Source of the DNA: Phycisphaerae bacterium | GTDB lineage: Bacteria; Planctomycetota; Phycisphaerae; SM23-33 | Direction: 5' to 3' | DNA: 64,000 nt | Assembly (NCBI GenBank): GCA_041946855.1 | Contig: JBHGBE010000005.1 | Span: 11,108 to 75,107 of the forward strand | Shown here: positions 57,536-64,000 of the stretch, in pieces | Numbering within the stretch: the first letter of the stretch is position 1 | Layout: each line of letters opens with the position of its first letter | Program-made: the position numbers and the translations under genes | Notes under the pieces: generated by a model | Database searches by the model: none | What the model saw: the letters and a program-made list of their open reading frames with translations, nothing else | What the model was told of the DNA's origin: nothing

Positions 57536-59868
57536 CGGTCCTGTTCCTTCTTCGATGGCTCATCGGCCGCGGGCATCGCGACGAAGACCTCTGTTCCCGC
57601 GCCGGGGGCGGATGTCACGCGTATCGTGCCGCCGTTGATCTCGACGAGCCGCTTGGCCTTCGCCAGGCCCAGGCCCCTGCGCCGCCCGGCAGGCCGGTTG
57701 GAGTAGAACGGCGTAAAGGCGCTGGCCAGCGTCTGCTCGTCCATCCCGGCGCCGTTGTCCTCGACGCACAGCACGACATGTCCCTTGGCCCGGTCCGCCG
57801 CGGCGGACAGGCGAATCTTCGGCTCGGGCCCGCCCGCGGCGGCCGCGTTGCGAAGAAGCTCGACTAACACCGTCTCAAGCTGGCCGCGGTCAGCACGAAT
57901 CGGCGGCGCGGCCTCCTCTATATCTATATCGACCGACGCGGACGCGGCTTGAGCATCGCCGCCCGCCGCGAGGGACGCCGCGGCCGACCGGAGAAGCTCG
58001 CGCGGGTCTATGGACTGCGGCGATGGCGCCGCGGGCGCCGCGCATTCCATCAGCTCCGAGATGATGTCGCTGATCCGCTGCGCCTGCTCGACGATGATCG
58101 CCCAGACCTTCTTCTGCTCGGGCTGGTCCGCACGCTGGGCCATCAACTGCGCCCGCCCTGAGATGATCGCCAGCGGGTTATTGAGCTCGTGGGCCGCGCC
58201 GGCGGCCATCTCGCCGATGGCCGTCAGCGTCTTTGCCTCGGCCAGCGCGTCGCCGGCGGCCGCCAGGACCTGCGACGCACCCGTGAGCTGCTCGTTCAGG
58301 CGAACGGCCCGCGACCGCGCCTGCACCAGCGACAGCGCCATGGCCATCGCCGCGACGATCCTCGCCCATGAATCATCCGCGCACCGCGCCGGCCCCTGGG
58401 CGGCCGACGGAATCAGGACGCCGCCCGCCCACTCGCCGGCGCAGATCAAGGGCTGGTGAACGCACGCGGCCAGGTCGATCCAGTCGGCCATGTCCTCCCC
58501 GCCGGCAAGCAGCGCGGCCATCGCATCGGGGGCCGGACCGGCCGTCCGCGGCGCTGTCAGCGAATCTCGCGGCCCGGCGCACGCCAGCGTCCGCCAGGAT
58601 GGATTCTCGCCGCCGTCGTGCCGCACGGCCAGGATGACCGGCTCGCCGGTATCGTCGAACGCGTAGGCGACGACCGGCGAGGCGAGGGAGGGCCGCAGGT
58701 CCAGCGCGGCCGCCGTCGCGGCGGCGATCCGGCCGACGACCTCGGCCACGCTCGACTGGCCCGTGAGCGACGAGGCGAACTCGCCCAGCTCTCGAAACGC
58801 CTTGGCCTCGGCGGCCGCGCGGGCGGCGCCGCGGCGGAGATGCTCGTTCATCCGTACTAACTCCGCCGAGGCGCGGGCGATCAACTTTTCGCGTCCTTGC
58901 GGCGCGGCCTCGATGTGCCCCAGGCGCTCGGCCGCCTCGGCGACGGCCGCGGCCGCGGATGCCCGGATTTCGTCCACTTCGCCAGGCTCCATGCCCAGCG
59001 CCTTCGCCCATTCATCGACGGCGCGAGGGAAAGTGTAGTTGCCGGAGAAGCCGATCCCCGCCCGACGGGCGATGGCGTCCGCCAGGGCGATCACATCGAC
59101 CAGGCGGCGATCAGCGACGGAGCCGGGAACCCCATCCGCCGGCTGGTGGTGCAGCCATATCACCGCCTCGAGGGCCGCGCCGAGCCGCCACATCTCGGCC
59201 AGGCGCCGCCCGAAGACGCAGTGGTCCGCGCCGATGATCTTCCGCTCGCTGTCCGCGATGGCCTGGCACTGCTGGGCGTCGGCGGCGATCGCGCGGGCGT
59301 AGCTCTTGGGCATCAGCTCATCCATCGCCAGCTTGCCGACGTCGTGCAGCAGGCCGCAGGTGAACGCCTCCATCGGGTCGATCGGCAGGCCGATCCGCTC
59401 GGCGAGCAGCTTCGCGGCGTGGGCCGTCGCAAGGCAATGCTTCCAGAACTCCACGCGGTCAAGGCGGCTTCCGGGCGGGGAGGCATTATCGAGGCCGGAC
59501 AGGCCGGCCGTCAGCGCGGCCGCTCGCACGGCTTCAGGTCCGAGTTTCGAGGCTGCATCGGCGGCGGTGCGGGCCGAGTCGGGAGCGGCCTGATTGGCCT
59601 GCCGGACCAATCCGGCCGTCATGGCCATATCCAGTACCGCAAGCTCGACAGTCTGTCGCGCGGCCGTGCCTTCGGCGGCCCAATCCCCTTCCGGCCGCAG
59701 CGCAAGTTCCAGCAGCCGGCCAGCGATTGCGGGCAGCACGGGAAGGCGGTCCAGCCGGCGCAGGGCGAGGTCCAACTGCCCGTCGCTGATGGACCCTCCG
59801 ACGCGGGCCGCCGCGCCTGGGGCCCGCGGCCCGGCACGCGCGGCTTGGTTAGCCTTCCTCCGGCTCAT
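57532..59868 (-). CDS. HDOD-domain sensor histidine kinase
   Basis: HDOD (GLLHDVGKLAM). GAF-like middle region. HisKA (AAHELNNPLAIISGRAQL). HATPase_c (DNGAGM...GLGL). ATGA overlaps with both neighbouring genes. Confidence 0.8.
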   Translation of the reverse strand: MSRRKANQAARAGPRAPGAAARVGGSISDGQLDLALRRLDRLPVLPAIAGRLLELALRPEGDWAAEGTAARQTVELAVLDMAMTAGLVRQANQAAPDSARTAADAASKLGPEAVRAAALTAGLSGLDNASPPGSRLDRVEFWKHCLATAHAAKLLAERIGLPIDPMEAFTCGLLHDVGKLAMDELMPKSYARAIAADAQQCQAIADSERKIIGADHCVFGRRLAEMWRLGAALEAVIWLHHQPADGVPGSVADRRLVDVIALADAIARRAGIGFSGNYTFPRAVDEWAKALGMEPGEVDEIRASAAAAVAEAAERLGHIEAAPQGREKLIARASAELVRMNEHLRRGAARAAAEAKAFRELGEFASSLTGQSSVAEVVGRIAAATAAALDLRPSLASPVVAYAFDDTGEPVILAVRHDGGENPSWRTLACAGPRDSLTAPRTAGPAPDAMAALLAGGEDMADWIDLAACVHQPLICAGEWAGGVLIPSAAQGPARCADDSWARIVAAMAMALSLVQARSRAVRLNEQLTGASQVLAAAGDALAEAKTLTAIGEMAAGAAHELNNPLAIISGRAQLMAQRADQPEQKKVWAIIVEQAQRISDIISELMECAAPAAPSPQSIDPRELLRSAAASLAAGGDAQAASASVDIDIEEAAPPIRADRGQLETVLVELLRNAAAAGGPEPKIRLSAAADRAKGHVVLCVEDNGAGMDEQTLASAFTPFYSNRPAGRRRGLGLAKAKRLVEINGGTIRVTSAPGAGTEVFVAMPAADEPSKKEQDR

Positions 59869-60434
59869 TTCCTGATGAGTTTCAAGATGCGCTCGATGAC
59901 GGTGGCGATGTTGAACGGCTTGCGGATGAAGTCATCCGCGCCGGCCTTCTTCAGGTCCTCAATCTCCGCGGGGCTGGCCACGCCGGAGATGATGATCACC
60001 TTCGTGCGGGACAGGTCCGGGTTCGCGCGGATGGTCCGGCACACCTCGTTGCCGTTGATGTCAGGCAGCTTGAAGTCGAGGATGACCACGTCGGGCAGCA
60101 GCTTCTCCGTCAGTATGCCCGCCTGGTAGCCGCTCTGCGCGGTGGCGACCTCGAACCGTCCATCGCTCGTCAGGGCGTCGACGAAGATCTCGACGATCTG
60201 CTTCTCGTCGTCCACCACCAGCACGCTGATCTTGCTGTTCTCCAGCCCGCCGGTGGGGATGTTGTGCTCCTTCATGAACTTCACAAGGGCGTCGTACGGA
60301 ATCCTGCGGAACTTGCTGCCCGGCACGCGGAAACCGCCGATCTTCCCGTCGTCGAAGCACCGGATGATGGTCTGCTGCGAAAGTTTGCACATCTCCGCCG
60401 CCTCGCCCGTCGTGTACACGGCCTTGTGACGCAC
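59865..60434 (-). CDS. Excisionase/MerR-type HTH fused to a receiver domain (DNA-binding response regulator)
   Basis: YTTGEAAEMCKLSQQTIIRCFDDGKI (HTH_17-like). ISVLVVDDEK...VVILDFKLPDINGNEV receiver. Confidence 0.7.
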   Translation of the reverse strand: MRHKAVYTTGEAAEMCKLSQQTIIRCFDDGKIGGFRVPGSKFRRIPYDALVKFMKEHNIPTGGLENSKISVLVVDDEKQIVEIFVDALTSDGRFEVATAQSGYQAGILTEKLLPDVVILDFKLPDINGNEVCRTIRANPDLSRTKVIIISGVASPAEIEDLKKAGADDFIRKPFNIATVIERILKLIRK

Positions 60435-60610
60435 GTTTGTGCTCCTTTTCTGTTAGTCCCGGCAGCGCCGAGACTTGACCCGCATCTCTAATCGACCCAT
60501 TCTCAAGCCGACTTAATTTACCTAATCGCTACAGTTTACCACATCTGCGCAAATTAACACGTGAAAAGAGAGATAAAGTAGGAGATTTGGGACCGGAATC
60601 AAGAACTACA

Positions 60611-60750
60611 GCGTTGCTTCGTTACTTCGTTAACTCGTTACTTCGTACATGTGTGGCCCCAGGAGTAACCGTGCGGGCCGAACAGAGCCGGGCGAGCCAC
60701 GAATCAGCCAAGTAACGAAGCTACGAAGCAACGAGGCAACGAGTCAACGC
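60611..60750. repeat. Heptamer-arm inverted repeat element H (CGTTACTT type)
   Basis: Left arm gcgttgcttcgttacttcgttaactcgttacttcgtac. Right arm caagtaacgaagctacgaagcaacgaggcaacgagtcaacgc, ending 1 nt before the stop of the 60752..63442 gene. Confidence 0.7.
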
Positions 60751-60751
60751 C

Positions 60752-63442
60752 TCACTTGGCCGGCTCGGGAACCTTCTCGTTGGGCAGGGCCAGCCTGATG
60801 TCGAACGGATCGTACTTGATGAAGTCCATCGCCTGGACCTCGGTGATCACCATGCCGTGGCCGGGCGTCACCTTGTAGCGGACGTATCGGCAATCGACCG
60901 GCTTGGGGAGGATCAGCTCGAAGTTGTAGCCGGTGAGCTGCTCGTTATCGGGCAGCATGTAGTTGATGGCGATGTCCTTGTACCACAGGCCCAGGTTGAA
61001 CATGCCCTGCGAGGCGTACTCCTTGCCGTCGGCGCTTGTGAGCAACTCGACCTTGTCGGGGAAGTCGCCGCGGAGGACTGCCTCCGGCCACGGCCAGCCG
61101 GAGGTGATCTGGATGCGGAACGCGCCGCACTTGTGGGATTCGCCCAGGTCCAGGTCGATGTTGTGGTCCACCTTGGCATCCGGGTTCCAGAGGATGCCCC
61201 ACGACGGCGCCGGGCCGCCGCAGTAGTTGGCGCCCACGACGCCGTCGGTGAGCTTCTTGCCCTCCTTGTCGCCGGCGCCCCAGGCGTCGGCCGACGGCGT
61301 GGAGAGCGTGTACTTCTTGCCTTCGGCGAAGTTCTTGCCGTACGTCACCCAGCGATGGACGTACTTCTTCGCATCCGCGTTGTCCTTCCCGTCGCTGTAG
61401 CCGTACTTGACCGGCTGCGTGGCGGCGGATGAGCCCTTGAGGTTGACCGTCAGCGAGTCCATCACCGGGTGGTCCGCGCCGCCGACGTTGATCTCGTACG
61501 TGGCCGGCAGGCTCTCGACTAATTGCGTGTGGCTCCGCTTGACGAGCGTTCGGTCCGCCTGGCGCTCGTTCCACGCGAACGTGACCTCAACCGGCTTGAA
61601 CGTCGTGTCTGCGGGCTTGTAGTCGGCCTCCATGCGCATCGAGTGTATGCTCGACCCGCCCGTCATCAGATACTTGAACAGGACCGACTTCGGCCCGCCG
61701 CTGATGGCGATCCTCTCCTGGTGGATGGTGTCGAACGGCGGCTCGATGCTCGTCAGCGACCAGGCCTGCGTCCAGTTCCTGCCGCCGTCGATGCTGTAGA
61801 GCATGTCGACGTGGTTGCCGCTGCCGCGGTTGGAGAACCGTCCGCCCATCGTGACGGCCGTGATCTCGCCGGGGGCGTCTATCTTGTAGACGAGGTACGC
61901 CTCCGACTTGCCGTCGGCCGGGTGGAGGTTGCCGTAGTAGGCCCAGTTCGAGAACCCGCAGGCGATGTTCTTTTCCTCGAAGACGAGTTCCTTGTACGTC
62001 TTGTCGCTGGCGTTGTTGGGCCACAGGACGATGGACTCTGTCTGGTCTCCCGCGCCGACGTAGATGGTGTTCTTGCCGATGTTGAGCTTCGGCTGGGTCT
62101 TGGCGTTGACCTGCGTGACGAGTTCGGCGTCGAGGGACTTGAGCAACGCGCCGCCCGATGGGCTGCGGTTGAGCTTGCCCGCCGCCATCCGCACCTTGAT
62201 CAGGAGCTCATACGCGCCGTTGACCTCCTTGAGAAGCAGATAGGTCCTCTTGCCATGCTCGTTCACCTGGTCGACCTCATTCTCGGCGGTCTTGGTCCAC
62301 GTGATGCCGTTGTTCGTGCTGATCTCGACATCGGCCTTTCCGAAGAACTCGGTCTGAATGCGAGCGCTGGTGACGACGTTGGCGGCGTTGACCTTGAAGA
62401 CGACTTCCGCTTCCTTGGACGTATCCACCGCCATCAGCCCGCAGCCGGCCGCCGGCGCGATGTTCGTCTCGCTGATGATGGCCTTCTTGTACGCATCTGC
62501 CGTCAGGGGCGGGCGGAAGGTCCAGACGCCATTTCCGCGGATGTTGAAGCCGCGCTCGGGGTCGAACGGCTTGGCCTTGGGGTCTTCGCCCGTGTTGGGG
62601 ATGTAGAACCGTTCGGTCTGCACCTCCTGGCCGGTGATCGCGTTGAGGAACTTGCCGCCCTTGACCGGTTGGCCGTCCTTGCCGATCTCCGGCTTGTCCA
62701 GCCGGTAGTAATAGCGCGTGTAGCTGTCTCCGTCGCGGAGGTTGAGGATGTAGCGGTGGCCGTCTTCCCAGCCGCACTCGTAGTTGCGGTACTTCAGGCC
62801 GTTGGGGTTGAAGCAGATGTACTCCTGCTGTAGGTCTCGCGGGCAGTCGGCCCCGGTCAGGAAGCCGTTGTTGCTGGTCGCGTACAGGCAGTGGTACTTG
62901 GCGATGTGGCCCGGCTCCTTCCTGCCGCCGGATGCCTCGCACGCCCCCTCCTTGCCCACATCCTGCACGCCGGCCACCGTCTTGCCGTCGCAGAGCGTGT
63001 AGATGGCCGACATGGAGTTGTCGTAGATGTGCCAGCGGTCGTCGTAGAAGCACTCGCTGACCGTGTGCATGGAGATGTCCCAGAACTTGACCGGCAGGCC
63101 CATGTTGTGCCAGATGGCGCAGTTGACGCCGGCCACCGTCGAGCACATCGTGTAGCCGTAGTCGTTGAACTGGCGAATGGGGTCGCCAAGCTCACGGCCG
63201 TGAAGGACCATCGGCGAGGTCTGGCGGCGGGCGATGTGCGTCCAGTAGTACATCGCCCAGCATTTCTCCCTGGTCGTGGGCCACTTGGCGGTGATCGACC
63301 GGATCATGCTCGCCATGTCGCTGTAGTCGGGGTTGGCGTCGGTGACGACCTTCAGGTTGTACACCTCGGCCGGGGCGGGCAGGACCGCCAGGGCCAGCAA
63401 GACCAGCAGGGCCAGGGCGCTGATGACGGGTAGTCGAGTCAT
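60752..63442 (-). CDS. Large secreted hypothetical protein with C-terminal discoidin/F5-8-type-C-like carbohydrate-binding domain
   Basis: Signal peptide MTRLPVISALALLVLLALAVLPAPA. No catalytic family recognised. Confidence 0.55.
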   Translation of the reverse strand: MTRLPVISALALLVLLALAVLPAPAEVYNLKVVTDANPDYSDMASMIRSITAKWPTTREKCWAMYYWTHIARRQTSPMVLHGRELGDPIRQFNDYGYTMCSTVAGVNCAIWHNMGLPVKFWDISMHTVSECFYDDRWHIYDNSMSAIYTLCDGKTVAGVQDVGKEGACEASGGRKEPGHIAKYHCLYATSNNGFLTGADCPRDLQQEYICFNPNGLKYRNYECGWEDGHRYILNLRDGDSYTRYYYRLDKPEIGKDGQPVKGGKFLNAITGQEVQTERFYIPNTGEDPKAKPFDPERGFNIRGNGVWTFRPPLTADAYKKAIISETNIAPAAGCGLMAVDTSKEAEVVFKVNAANVVTSARIQTEFFGKADVEISTNNGITWTKTAENEVDQVNEHGKRTYLLLKEVNGAYELLIKVRMAAGKLNRSPSGGALLKSLDAELVTQVNAKTQPKLNIGKNTIYVGAGDQTESIVLWPNNASDKTYKELVFEEKNIACGFSNWAYYGNLHPADGKSEAYLVYKIDAPGEITAVTMGGRFSNRGSGNHVDMLYSIDGGRNWTQAWSLTSIEPPFDTIHQERIAISGGPKSVLFKYLMTGGSSIHSMRMEADYKPADTTFKPVEVTFAWNERQADRTLVKRSHTQLVESLPATYEINVGGADHPVMDSLTVNLKGSSAATQPVKYGYSDGKDNADAKKYVHRWVTYGKNFAEGKKYTLSTPSADAWGAGDKEGKKLTDGVVGANYCGGPAPSWGILWNPDAKVDHNIDLDLGESHKCGAFRIQITSGWPWPEAVLRGDFPDKVELLTSADGKEYASQGMFNLGLWYKDIAINYMLPDNEQLTGYNFELILPKPVDCRYVRYKVTPGHGMVITEVQAMDFIKYDPFDIRLALPNEKVPEPAK

Positions 63443-63500
63443 CTTATTTCTCCTCTAAACGGCGCTCGATCGCTAATCCGTTAATCGGTGAATCGTCCAA

Positions 63501-64000
63501 TCAGTTCCGCGTCGCCGGTTGGCCCGATTGCCCGTTCCTCGGCGTCATCTGCGGCCGGAACAGCGTATCGACCACGTTGCGGACGTACTGCTCGTCGCTT
63601 AGCCCATCCGTCGCGGCCTGGGGGAACTCGACGACGGCGCGGAAGTGCTCCGCCAGGTCGGCAAAGAGCCTCACGCGTGCATCCGCGTCGAGCCGGTCGC
63701 GCCGCAGGACGGCCGCCAGGGCCACGCGGGCCTCATCGGGCGAGACGCGCTGCCGCAGGCGGGCCTCGATGTGCCCGTAGGCGCGGAAGGAGTTGAACTT
63801 GTCGGCGACGGCCATCGACAGGTCCGGCTGAACGTCCCGCGGGATGCGCACCACCACCGTGCCGGCCGCCAGGTCGCCAAGCCGCTGGCAGCGCCGGGTG
63901 AGCATGCACGCCGCGCCGCCGACCATGTACAGCAGCGGCAGCATGTCCGCGATCCGCAGCAGGTTGCGGACCACCACCTGGCTGAACCGCAGGCGCAGGC
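63501..64000 (-). CDS. RDD-family membrane protein. Probably partial, with the N-terminus beyond the window end.
   Basis: RLGDLAAGTVVVR is an RDD-domain hallmark, preceded by a TM helix. The frame is open to the window edge. Confidence 0.45.
   Translation of the reverse strand, partial: LRLRFSQVVVRNLLRIADMLPLLYMVGGAACMLTRRCQRLGDLAAGTVVVRIPRDVQPDLSMAVADKFNSFRAYGHIEARLRQRVSPDEARVALAAVLRRDRLDADARVRLFADLAEHFRAVVEFPQAATDGLSDEQYVRNVVDTLFRPQMTPRNGQSGQPATRN

Noticed and set aside
1-64000. tRNA and rRNA genes, transposases, integrases, prophage
   Set aside because: I scanned intergenic regions for tRNA T-arm (GTTCGAATCC-like) and acceptor features, and for transposase or integrase motifs. None were found.

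Overview
High-GC (roughly 65-70%) bacterial chromosomal segment, densely coding on both strands. The gene content suggests a Planctomycetota/Verrucomicrobiota-like organism: a PEP-CTERM sorting-signal protein, many TPR proteins, an HDOD kinase and secreted carbohydrate-active enzymes. This taxonomic reading is inference only.

Recognisable housekeeping genes: secD (partial), purH, rpmE, prfA, lexA, maf, nusA-infB-(DUF503)-rbfA, hisG and a yebC-family regulator.

Signalling genes: a GGDEF/HD-GYP protein; a NarL-type regulator divergent from a very large PAS/GAF kinase; an HTH-REC / HDOD-kinase / REC-GAF operon; a PP2C phosphatase; a Fic protein; a PrpE-like phosphoesterase.

Other content: two convergent secreted carbohydrate-active proteins (one GH5), a HepT/MNT toxin-antitoxin pair, an orphan HicB antitoxin, a ferredoxin, a ThiF-like protein, a PHP-domain protein, and a four-gene cluster (Trm112-methyltransferase, EIIA(Ntr)-fused opine-dehydrogenase-like protein, AsnB-like amidotransferase, B12-binding-domain protein).

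The most striking sequence-level signal is a recurrent family of AT-richer inverted-repeat elements. Each arm is built from tandem degenerate about-7-nt units (CAATCTG, CGATTGN, GAATGCA, GCAGGGA and CGTTACTT types). The arms sit flush against stop codons in at least seven intergenic regions, and once lie in frame inside a coding sequence.

I found no tRNA or rRNA genes, no CRISPR array, and no transposase or integrase. All coordinates derived by reading sequence lines may be off by 1-2 nt.
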